A stretch of DNA of 64,000 nt, taken from an uncultured virus (IMG/VR IMGVR_UViG_3300029955_000846). Taxonomy: Duplodnaviria > Heunggongvirae > Uroviricota > Caudoviricetes. The notes under the pieces are model-generated. The model was not told where the DNA came from. It saw only the letters and a program-made list of their open reading frames with translations, and did not search any database. Shown piece by piece: positions 9,157 through 17,278 of the stretch (positions within the stretch are counted from its first letter, which is position 1; every line of letters begins with the position of its first letter). The stretch lies in IMG/VR virus record IMGVR_UViG_3300029955_000846; one strand, 5' to 3'. The translations under genes and the position numbers were made by a program.

Positions 9157-9966
9157 TCAGTGAACGCTGCCGGCGACATTGGGGCGGGGGTCGAACTCGA
9201 AAATGATCGAGCGATCGGTGGCCCAGTTCGTCTGCGCAATTTCGCAGAGCCATTCGAGATCGCCCTCGAACGGCGTAAAATCGCGCGAATTGGGCATGTA
9301 GCGCTTCATCAACCAGACCTTGGCCCCGGCCAAATCCGGGTTGATCTGATGGCGGAGCGCATTGGCCATTTCCTTCGCCGTCATCTCGCTGATCCGACGG
9401 GTATCATGCTGGATGCCGCAATCAGGACAGAGGGGCGGTTTCGCAGCCAGGGGCTCGCCGGGCTTCAACGGCTTGATATTGAACGCCGGATAGCGGGCGT
9501 TGAGGAACTGTTTTTCCAGGATGGCCATGATGTCCGACGCATCAGCGGCTGTTTTCGCCGGATCAGCGGGCGGCTCGGCTTCGATCGGTGCGGGGGTCTC
9601 GCCATCACGAATGGCGCGATCGATATCCCGCCACGCGGCAACCCGCTTGCCCCAGGCGCCTTTCACCATGTCATCGCCGATCCCGGTGCCGAGCAGCGTG
9701 TAAACCGCATCGTCGAGTGACGAATCCTCGTGATCGGGGCTATGGGCCAGCCGCGCCTTCTTGATCAGTGAAGACATGTGCGCGACGTCGAAAGCGTCGA
9801 GCAAAGGCAGTTCACCCGGCTTGTAGCGCGCATGGATCCACGCATTCCAGAACCCAGCGATGTTGGAGAAATTGTCCTCCGGATCGCCATAGACCGATCC
9901 GCGTTCGCCAAAAGTCTTCTCGATCTGCCCGGCAAGACGGGCAGCCGTTTCACGGCTCTTGCTCAT
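9157..9966 (-). CDS. DUF6378-like protein
   Basis: 'ERGSVYGDPEDNFSNIAGFW...KKARL...HEDS..D..VY'. Confidence 0.65.
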   Translation of the reverse strand: MSKSRETAARLAGQIEKTFGERGSVYGDPEDNFSNIAGFWNAWIHARYKPGELPLLDAFDVAHMSSLIKKARLAHSPDHEDSSLDDAVYTLLGTGIGDDMVKGAWGKRVAAWRDIDRAIRDGETPAPIEAEPPADPAKTAADASDIMAILEKQFLNARYPAFNIKPLKPGEPLAAKPPLCPDCGIQHDTRRISEMTAKEMANALRHQINPDLAGAKVWLMKRYMPNSRDFTPFEGDLEWLCEIAQTNWATDRSIIFEFDPRPNVAGSVH

Positions 9967-10072
9967 TGTGGGGATTTCCTGAACTGTTGGGATGAAAGCC
10001 CCCGGTGGCTTTGGAAGGGGGTGGACCTCGGCCACCGGGGTCATCAGTCTGACGGAGACAGGTCAGAAACCG

Positions 10073-10609
10073 TCAGACCAGATCGTCATCGTCGTCGCCC
10101 GCAGGCTCGGAATAGGCCGAGAAGTTGACCTTGCCGTTCTTGGCGAACTCGGCGAACCACGCGATGATCTGCGCGCGGTCGCCCTCTGCGGCATTGGTGA
10201 TCCGGCGCTTGCCATCCACCTCGTCGACCCCCAATTCGTCCATGACGGCGGTCACGAACTCCCGGCGCTTCACCTTCGCATCCGGGTCGACGATGCCGAG
10301 GAACTCCTGCGCGGCGTCGCGCAGTCCCTCGAACGTGGCGCTGGTCGCGGCCGGCGCAGCGTCCGGCTTGGTGGTGGCCACGGGCGCGGGCTTGGCATCG
10401 GTCGCTTCCACCGGGCCGGCGGTGGGCTCCTTCGCCGGGCGGCCGCGCCGCGTGGCGGGCTTCTCGGCGACCGGCGCGCCGGCCTGGGCCAGAGCGCCCG
10501 CGCCCACCTTGTCGAGAAGATCCTTCCGCTCGGCGCGCGATGCCTGCAGCTCGGCGGCCAGTTCTTTCAGGGCGGCGGTGTTTTCCAGAAGTGCGGCTTC
10601 AAGGGACAT
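10073..10609 (-). CDS. Hypothetical protein, first gene of replication operon
   Basis: 'MSLEAALLENTAALKEL' coiled coil, Ala/Pro linker, acidic tail. Confidence 0.75.
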   Translation of the reverse strand: MSLEAALLENTAALKELAAELQASRAERKDLLDKVGAGALAQAGAPVAEKPATRRGRPAKEPTAGPVEATDAKPAPVATTKPDAAPAATSATFEGLRDAAQEFLGIVDPDAKVKRREFVTAVMDELGVDEVDGKRRITNAAEGDRAQIIAWFAEFAKNGKVNFSAYSEPAGDDDDDLV

Positions 10610-10679
10610 TCGGAAGTCTCCCGTTGGTGGATGTCGCGGTCAGCGTGACGAGGGGCTTCATCCGTCGATTCGCATCTCA

Positions 10680-10719
10680 AGTCAACAAAAAGGTGAGACG
10701 GATCACTTTTAAATTGACC
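10680..10719. promoter_or_regulatory. Tandem operators (10680-10698, 10701-10719) in a divergent promoter region
   Basis: AGTCAA-CAAAAAG-GTGAGA and GATCAC-TTTTAAA-TTGACC; TTGACC-N17-TAGTAG points rightward. Confidence 0.7.
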
Positions 10720-10776
10720 CGTAGCGGGGGCGACCCTAGTAGGCGATGCAAGGGACCACCCGGCATGGAGACCACA

Positions 10777-11043
10777 ATGTCCGATCAAAAAACGCCCTTC
10801 TGGGAAACCGATCTCTACAAGCTGCTGAATGCCAGCTTTCCGAAGATCCGGACGGAACGTGGCGACCGGTTCGACGTCTACCGGTTTGCGGACATGATCG
10901 ATGTGAGCGCCGAGACCGTCTATAAGTGGCTGCGCAGCGACCGGTTGACCCCGCGCGGGGCCTCGCGGATCGTCGGCGCCTCGGATTCCCGCATCAAACC
11001 CGAGGACGTGAGCCGTTTTGTCATTCCCGTCGGCCAAAAGTGA
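10777..11043 (+). CDS. Cro-like HTH protein
   Basis: 'FADMIDVSAETVYKWL'; GGAG RBS. Confidence 0.75.
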   Translation: MSDQKTPFWETDLYKLLNASFPKIRTERGDRFDVYRFADMIDVSAETVYKWLRSDRLTPRGASRIVGASDSRIKPEDVSRFVIPVGQK

Positions 11044-11093
11044 TGATTTTCGCCCTTTAGGGCGCTGAAAACACTCACGAAAGGCCGGGCGAA

Positions 11094-13241
11094 GTGCTCA
11101 AGGAAAATCGCGCGCTCATTGAAAATGGCGGTGCTTTGCACTGGCTGGCGCCGCGCGGAAAGAACCCGATTAGCGACGACTGGTCCACGGCGCCAATCAA
11201 CACTTTCGATGCCCTGCGCGCCAGCCGCCCCGGGAAATCCAACAACATCGGCCTGCGCCTGGGCGAGTATTCCCGGATCGGCGGCCTCTATGCCTACGCT
11301 CTCGATCTTGACATTCGGACACCCGAATACGCGGCTGAAGCGCACGCAGTGCTCACCGAATTGCTCCCCGATTGGCAGACGAATTACCCGCGCGTTCGCT
11401 CTGGATCGGGCGGCCTGTCGCGCCACGTTCACTTTTTGAGTGAACAACCTTGGCGGTCGAAGAAGTTGGCGCAGTCCGAGGGTTTCTTCGTCGACGCGGC
11501 CGGTAAGCGACATCGCCATTGGGAAATCGAACTCTTCGGCACGGGCAAGCAGGTCGCGCTGCCACCATCGATCCACCCAGACACCGGGCTGCCCTATGTC
11601 TGGGAACGCGAATATGACTGGTTGGATGTCGCCATGGGGCACGGGCCGATCGTCCCGCTCGAGCGGATGCGCGCCTGGCAGGTTCGCACCTCGCAAAAGG
11701 CGGTCGACGATGAGGATGACGAACTGCTCATCGTCGCGGCGATGCGGCCTCTCGATCTGCCTGACGAGCAAATCGACAAGGTGCTGGGCGCCCTGCCGGC
11801 CAACTTTTGCGAGGATCGCACCGAGTGGCGCGACGTCGGGATGGCCCTGCATCACCAGTATGAAGGCACCGACGCAGGCCTTGAGAAGTGGCGGGAATTC
11901 AGCAAAAAGAGCGCCAAATTTGATGAGCGCGTGCTCTGCCAGCAATGGGAGAGCTTCAAGGGCACCGACAGCCCGAAAACCTTCGCCAGCCTGCTTCAGG
12001 TCGTCCGCGCTCTGGAAAAAGAAGACCCCTACGGCGATCTGCGGGACGATGACACCGATGAACTGTCGGACGAGGACGCCAAAATCATCGCCACGGCGGT
12101 TGCCGAACTTGATGAGGAAGATGACGACGAGGATGGGATTTATGGCGATGCCACCCCAGCCGCGCCGGCAACCTCGGCGATCTGGGATTTCGGACCCGAT
12201 GACTGCGCAAACGCACCGTCACGCGGCTATGTGATCAAAGGGATGCTGGCGCCGCGTGACGTCGCCTGCATCTTCGGCGCGCCGGGCGCCGGCAAATCGC
12301 TGATCTCACCGCATCTCGGCTATCGCGTTGCCCAGGGCGAATATGCGTTCAACATGCGGACCAAGCCGGGCAAGGTTCTGTATATCGCGGCCGAAGATGC
12401 CCACGGCATGCAGGGGCGCGTGTCCGCGCTGCGCCGGCGGCACGGCAAGGCTGACGACTTCCGACTGATCGGCGGGGTCAGCGATCTGTTCATCAAAGAG
12501 TCGGGCGACCTGAAGGCCGTGCGCGCGCTGGCGAAATCCTATCTGCCGCAGATCATCTTCATCGACACCTTGGCGATGGCGTTTCCCGGTCTTGAGGAAA
12601 ACGACGCACAGTCGATGGGGCGCGTCGTCGCCATTGCCCGGAAGCTGACCAAGCACGGGGCCGCGGTGGTGCTGATCCACCATGACACGAAAACGGCCGG
12701 CGGCACGCCGCGCGGTCACTCGGTTCTGAACGGCGCGCTCGACATGGCGATGTGGCTGCAGGCGAAAGACGAATTTGGCATCGTCCGTGGCACGCTGACC
12801 AAAAACCGCAACGGCTCGATCGACCGCGACATCGCATTCAAGATCGCTGTCGAGGAAATGGGTCTGGATGAGGATGGCGATCCGATCACCTATGCGCTCG
12901 CCGAGGAAATGGATGCGCGGGCGACGCCGAACACGATCCGTCTGGCGCCCGCCGAACGATCGATCCTGAAAATCTTGCGCACACATTCCGACGACGGAAT
13001 CACGATATCGGAATTGGCTTTGCGCACCGCCTGCATCGACGGTCGGGAGGTCAGCGCAGCCGAAGATCCGCAAAGCAGGAAGCGCGCTTTTAACCGGGCG
13101 TACAGCGCGTTGGTGAAGCAGGGGCACCTCAGGTGCGTAAACGAGGTGATTCACCTCTCAGCGGCGCTCAGGGCTGAAAATTCGATAGACTCCGCAGCGG
13201 ACGAGTGGTCTGGGTTCGATCTGGACGACGATTTAATCTAG
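11094..13241 (+). CDS. Primase-helicase (Prim-Pol, PriCT_2, AAA_25)
   Basis: 'NIGLRLG...LDLD...SGSG..HVHF', 'WRDVGMALHH', Walker A GAPGAGKS, 'IFIDTL', 'LIHH'. Confidence 0.9.
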   Translation: MLKENRALIENGGALHWLAPRGKNPISDDWSTAPINTFDALRASRPGKSNNIGLRLGEYSRIGGLYAYALDLDIRTPEYAAEAHAVLTELLPDWQTNYPRVRSGSGGLSRHVHFLSEQPWRSKKLAQSEGFFVDAAGKRHRHWEIELFGTGKQVALPPSIHPDTGLPYVWEREYDWLDVAMGHGPIVPLERMRAWQVRTSQKAVDDEDDELLIVAAMRPLDLPDEQIDKVLGALPANFCEDRTEWRDVGMALHHQYEGTDAGLEKWREFSKKSAKFDERVLCQQWESFKGTDSPKTFASLLQVVRALEKEDPYGDLRDDDTDELSDEDAKIIATAVAELDEEDDDEDGIYGDATPAAPATSAIWDFGPDDCANAPSRGYVIKGMLAPRDVACIFGAPGAGKSLISPHLGYRVAQGEYAFNMRTKPGKVLYIAAEDAHGMQGRVSALRRRHGKADDFRLIGGVSDLFIKESGDLKAVRALAKSYLPQIIFIDTLAMAFPGLEENDAQSMGRVVAIARKLTKHGAAVVLIHHDTKTAGGTPRGHSVLNGALDMAMWLQAKDEFGIVRGTLTKNRNGSIDRDIAFKIAVEEMGLDEDGDPITYALAEEMDARATPNTIRLAPAERSILKILRTHSDDGITISELALRTACIDGREVSAAEDPQSRKRAFNRAYSALVKQGHLRCVNEVIHLSAALRAENSIDSAADEWSGFDLDDDLI

Positions 13242-13267
13242 AAATTCGGAAATTCGAAAACCCTTCG

Positions 13268-13294
13268 ACCCTCGGTGCAGACCGGGGGTTTTTT
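13268..13294 (+). terminator. Intrinsic terminator
   Basis: ACCCTCGGT-gcag-ACCGGGGGT hairpin plus T-run after primase. Confidence 0.75.
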
Positions 13295-13466
13295 GTTGCG
13301 ATGGGGTCGACCGGCACCGGGGCGGCGCGAACGGTCGAATCTTTTTACGATTTTGCGGTCCAAGCCGGTGGGACAGCGCAGGTCCCCCCTACGGGGGGAA
13401 CCGGCGCGGTTGTCCCACGCAGCCCGGATGCTTGGCAGGTGGGACTCTTCCGAGAGTCCCGGGACT

Positions 13467-13659
13467 GTCCCGCTTTGTCCCACCCGAAAAAATCAAAAAC
13501 AGAATTTTTTGTGAAACTATGTTGCTTGGATGAAAAATAAACGAACATTATGGGGTATGTTGGGGGTGTCGGCTGCTCGGCGACCCGAAAACAGGGCGAT
13601 TTTGGTGCTCAGAGGTGGGACAAAGCGGGACAAACGGGGGAGTCCCGCTTTGTCCCACC
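13467..13659. repeat. Three copies of an 18-bp repeat GGTGGGACAAAGCGGGAC (13467-13484 rev, 13614-13631 fwd, 13642-13659 rev): cosB R-like sites or ori iterons
   Basis: Exact copies; extra GGGAC/GTCCC sub-motifs at 13369-13460. Confidence 0.8.
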
Positions 13660-13738
13660 CTAAAATTACGGCATTCGGCGTTTCCGCGTAATATAAAAAC
13701 AGCGATCGGCAATTTTGGAACGCCTTGAGAAACGCGGT

Positions 13739-13780
13739 CGGTGCTAGCCCCGCCGCGGAGGGTGCCCGGTGGAAGGACCC
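13739..13780 (-). other. Putative cos site (cosQ GGGTCCT, 23 nt, cosN-like GGGCTAGCACCG)
   Basis: Same cosQ heptamer and spacing as lambda; 7/12 match to GGGCGGCGACCT; GpA-type terminase present. Confidence 0.6.
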
Positions 13781-14105
13781 CAAGCCACCGGGGGACGCAC
13801 CGAGCCCCCGCAATTGGATTCCATTTCACGGGGTATCCAAAGCATCCCGGTTGCAGGTCATCCGGCACGGCAAAGAGGGTCCGCCATCCGTCAACCGTGC
13901 GGTGCGGATTGCTTCACTTTGATTCCAGTTGCCGGGGTATCGCGTCACCTGAGACGCTGAAGGGCCGATGGCGACCAGGTGCGCGCTTGAAACAATAAAT
14001 CATTTCTTTGTTTTATTGTTACGCATCCCGTTTGCCGGGTTGGCGAGCTATTGGGATTGCCGAGGGCTGCAGCGCATCCACGCTTGTCTAGTTTCCCGTG
14101 ACGCC

Positions 14106-14171
14106 AGTCACCTAAATGTTGACTTTATGGGGCGTGCATCGTTAGAGTGATTTAACACCAAACGAGTGATT
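14106..14171 (+). promoter_or_regulatory. Early promoter with operator AGTCAC-CTAAATG-TTGACT (14106-14124) and a weaker copy (14153-14171)
   Basis: Operator half-site is the -35 TTGACT; TAGAGT 18 nt downstream. Confidence 0.65.
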
Positions 14172-14185
14172 CGGAGCCCACTGCA

Positions 14186-14362
14186 ATGTCCACCGCAACG
14201 ATACGCCCGCTTATCGAGCTTGCCGCGTTGTTCGGCGCAGCCGGTTATCTGGCATTCACCCTTTGCGAGATTTGGCGCCTTTGGGGTGTCGCATCGCGCG
14301 AAATTCGCAACATTCCGCCGCGCGTGATCCGCGTCACGGTAATCAAGCACAAGGAGTCCTAA
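14186..14362 (+). CDS. 58-aa predicted membrane peptide (MSTATIRPLIELAALFGAAGYLAF...)
   Basis: GGAG RBS; stop lies in the shared junction motif; below the ORF-track cutoff. Confidence 0.6.
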   Translation: MSTATIRPLIELAALFGAAGYLAFTLCEIWRLWGVASREIRNIPPRVIRVTVIKHKES

Positions 14363-14364
14363 TC

Positions 14365-15057
14365 ATGCTTTACCAAATGACAGAAATGACTTGTGACTTT
14401 TACGGCCGTAAACTGCACCAAATCAAAGCCCTTAAAGACTTGCCCAAATTCGGAGTCCTATCTGGCGATTTGGGTGGCTGGATCGAAAAAGAGTCCAACC
14501 TTCCGCAAAACTCCGAAGCCTGGATTTTTCCCCGCGCGAAGGTTTGCGGTTTTTCAGTGATGCACGGCGGCGAGATGCACGGCGGCGAGATGTGGGGCGG
14601 CGTGATGCACGGCGGCGAGATGTGGGGCGGCGAGATGCACGGCGGCGTGATGCACGGCGGCGTGATGCACGGCGGCGAGATGCACGGCGGCGAGATGCGG
14701 GGCGGCGTGATGCGGGGCGGCGAGATGCGGGGCGGCGAGATGCGGGGCGGCGTGATGCGGGGCGGCGTGATGCGGGGCGGCGAGATGCGGGGCGGCGAGA
14801 TGCGGGGCGGCGTGATGCGGGGCGGCGTGATGACTCATGACGCTTTGTTTATTGCTGGCCTATGTTGGTTGATTACAATCAACGACTCGCAAATGACGAT
14901 TGGGTGTCAGTCGCACGATTTGCGTAAGTGGTGGAAATATAGCGATGCGACGATTGCCAAAATGGACCCCGCCGCGCTGGCATTCTGGCACGCGAATAAG
15001 GATATGCTTAAAGCAATTTGCGCAGCGACGGGGCGCCATTCCGGATCGGAGTCCTGA
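14365..15057 (+). CDS. Pentapeptide-repeat (beta-solenoid-like) phage protein
   Basis: 'GDLGGWIEKESNL' N-terminus, 18 x [VE]M[HWR]GG, C-terminal 'IGCQ.H...W' domain. Confidence 0.8.
   Translation: MLYQMTEMTCDFYGRKLHQIKALKDLPKFGVLSGDLGGWIEKESNLPQNSEAWIFPRAKVCGFSVMHGGEMHGGEMWGGVMHGGEMWGGEMHGGVMHGGVMHGGEMHGGEMRGGVMRGGEMRGGEMRGGVMRGGVMRGGEMRGGEMRGGVMRGGVMTHDALFIAGLCWLITINDSQMTIGCQSHDLRKWWKYSDATIAKMDPAALAFWHANKDMLKAICAATGRHSGSES
14557..14826 (+). repeat. 15-bp tandem repeat x18 (GWGATGYRSGGCGGC)
   Basis: Directly visible; in frame. Confidence 0.95.
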
Positions 15058-15059
15058 TC

Positions 15060-15320
15060 ATGGCAAACTGCGAAATTCGCATCGCCTATTCGCGGGGCAA
15101 GCATGGCTTCACCGCCTACTCACACGAGTCCACCCTTTCGCCGTGGCACGGGCGCCAGCGTTCCGGCTGGCATGCTGTCAGTGCTGAGACATTGGCCGAG
15201 GCCCGCGCCATCCTTACCGAACGGATTTGCGGCGATTGGCACGCGGTTGGTTTGCCGGTTCCCCCGTTCGTCGATTGCGGGCGCGTTTCGCACGCTCGCG
15301 GAATCAACGGCACATTTTAA
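15060..15320 (+). CDS. Hypothetical early protein
   Basis: GGAG RBS junction. Confidence 0.65.
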   Translation: MANCEIRIAYSRGKHGFTAYSHESTLSPWHGRQRSGWHAVSAETLAEARAILTERICGDWHAVGLPVPPFVDCGRVSHARGINGTF

Positions 15321-15332
15321 GGAGTCTTGATC

Positions 15333-16235
15333 ATGGAAAACCTCACGCTTTCGCAAGCCTACGCCATGACTGCACCGGGCAAATGCGCGGTTTATGGTGG
15401 CGGTGAACCTGAACTGCACAAAGTCGCGCGCTACTATCGCCGCGCCCGTGAAATGGGATATCGCGCCGCCAAAGCGCTAGAGGTGGCGCGCGCTGGCCTG
15501 TTGCGCGTAAGTGGATATCCGCGCGGCATCGGGCGCAATGTGGGCACGGTTGATGCCAACGGACTCGCGTGGGTGGAGCGGCCGGCAGATATCGGACTCC
15601 GGTTTGTCGGGTTTGCCGATGAATTGGCCGAATCCATCGGCCATCAGGGATGGTTCACGGATGACTTTCAAGAGTCCGTCTATCGCGGTGCGGTCTATCA
15701 GTTCCCGGCGCGCAAGCGCCGCGCGATCTATGTTGCCGGATATCGCGCCGGCGCAAGTGAGGGGCGGCGCGGATGGTCCGATATGTCGGGGGAACCGGCG
15801 GCGCACCTGGATTTGCGCGCCCTGGAATATGGACGTGCAAACGCGCATCCGTATATGCGCGACGTAGATAAGCGCGAGGTCGCGCTTTTGGCCGACTCTC
15901 TTGCTGAAAACGATGCTGAAAAAGAGCGCGACTATCGGGAGGCGTGTCAACTCGCCCGAGAGTGGCAAGAATTGCACGGCGAAGCGGAGTCCGATCGCGC
16001 GGCGGCGCGCGAGTTGATACGGGACATTCGGCAAGCCTCGCGATCCGCTAACGGGCGCATGCCAGAGTCCATCTGCCGGACATTGCGTGCCAGCGTCAAA
16101 AGCCATTTGCGCGGCTGGCGCGATGCGTTGGCCCGGCGCGCCGAAATCGCCGACTCGTTCACGTATCGGTTCCGTGATCCGGCTGGCGAGTATCATTGCC
16201 AGAGCATGGAGCAATTCGCGGCCGCAAACTTCTAA
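15333..16235 (+). CDS. Hypothetical early protein
   Basis: AAGGAG RBS; 'GWFTDDFQ...RGAVYQFPAR'. Confidence 0.75.
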   Translation: MENLTLSQAYAMTAPGKCAVYGGGEPELHKVARYYRRAREMGYRAAKALEVARAGLLRVSGYPRGIGRNVGTVDANGLAWVERPADIGLRFVGFADELAESIGHQGWFTDDFQESVYRGAVYQFPARKRRAIYVAGYRAGASEGRRGWSDMSGEPAAHLDLRALEYGRANAHPYMRDVDKREVALLADSLAENDAEKERDYREACQLAREWQELHGEAESDRAAARELIRDIRQASRSANGRMPESICRTLRASVKSHLRGWRDALARRAEIADSFTYRFRDPAGEYHCQSMEQFAAANF

Positions 16236-16240
16236 CCGCA

Positions 16241-16259
16241 AGTCACGAAAAACGAGACT
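16241..16259. promoter_or_regulatory. Operator variant AGTCAC-GAAAAAC-GAGACT
   Basis: One mismatch; intergenic. Confidence 0.55.
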
Positions 16260-16288
16260 GCACAACATTCGGGATAAGGAATCGAGTT

Positions 16289-17224
16289 GTGACAAAGCCC
16301 ATCTATTTGAAAGTGAATATCCCGTTTTCGGGTTTCTATGAATCCATATGGTCGCAAGAGGTTGACGAATGCGAACGGCGTGAAGTTGAATATCGGCAGG
16401 ACGATTGGGGCGGCTTTAACGGCGATATCGCCAATGAATTGCCGGAAGAATTGCGCCCCGATGGCGACAAGCTGGCCGAAATCTATATGGATTGCAGCGA
16501 CTATTCCGCCGCATATCAGGTTATCGCGCGGGATTATGAGTCCTCGTTCTGGCATATCGTTTCACAAGAATTGCCGCGCCCTGTCACACATAAGTTTGAC
16601 CGGATGATATCCCCGCGTGAATATAATTTCCGAACCGATGAAATCGACTCCTATGTCCGGCTTTCCGATATCCGGCTTATCTATAGCGCGATGATTGAAA
16701 CCGAAGAATCGCGCAAGATATTGGCGGATGCGATCAAGGCGCGTCATACAAGCTATGACGGTTTTATATCATTCTATGACAACAATCCCGCCAATTGGCT
16801 GGCAAAGCCTATCCGCGATTGGGATTTGCACGAATGCGGGACGCTTGTTCGTGCATTCGTTGCCTATAAGCTCGCCGATGATTTGCAGGATCATGGCGAT
16901 AGCTTGGATATGCTGATTTACGGCAAATGCGATTCGAATGAAGAAATCTATCGCGCGTGGTCTGATTGCGTCAACTGGGACAAGGTGAGCGCGCAAATTG
17001 AAGAGCACGCCGCCGAAAAGCTGGCGCTTTTGATGGAAGAAAATCCGGATTACGCGCGATGCATTGTGGATAATTCATCGGCCGTTGCGTCGCTTGTTCC
17101 CGACGCACTTGGCAATATCGACGCAAGCGCGCGCGAATGCTGGGAGAATTACCTTAAGGTATACGCGGATTCGCACTATCGTTGTCCGTTAACCCTGGAA
17201 ATGTTCCCCGAAACGCTGAAATAA
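16289..17224 (+). CDS. Acidic hypothetical early protein
   Basis: 'IPFSGFYES', 'SPREYNF.TD'; AAGGA RBS with GTG start. Confidence 0.75.
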   Translation: MTKPIYLKVNIPFSGFYESIWSQEVDECERREVEYRQDDWGGFNGDIANELPEELRPDGDKLAEIYMDCSDYSAAYQVIARDYESSFWHIVSQELPRPVTHKFDRMISPREYNFRTDEIDSYVRLSDIRLIYSAMIETEESRKILADAIKARHTSYDGFISFYDNNPANWLAKPIRDWDLHECGTLVRAFVAYKLADDLQDHGDSLDMLIYGKCDSNEEIYRAWSDCVNWDKVSAQIEEHAAEKLALLMEENPDYARCIVDNSSAVASLVPDALGNIDASARECWENYLKVYADSHYRCPLTLEMFPETLK

Positions 17225-17225
17225 C

Positions 17226-17244
17226 AATCACTCATTTAGTGAAC
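17226..17244. promoter_or_regulatory. Operator AATCAC-TCATTTA-GTGAAC
   Basis: Consensus match; intergenic. Confidence 0.6.
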
Positions 17245-17278
17245 GACCAACAATCTGTAATATAGAGGAACCTGAACA

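Noticed and set aside
4475..9966. Modified-base (dZ, 7-deazaguanine) pathway
   Set aside because: No PurZ, Que/FolE, DpdA or thymidylate-modifying genes recognised
14557..14826. Tandem repeat as a CRISPR array
   Set aside because: Units are contiguous with no unique spacers and are in-frame coding; no cas genes
14544..14840. RRDA-repeat and His-rich ORFs in other frames
   Set aside because: By-products of the 15-bp repeat
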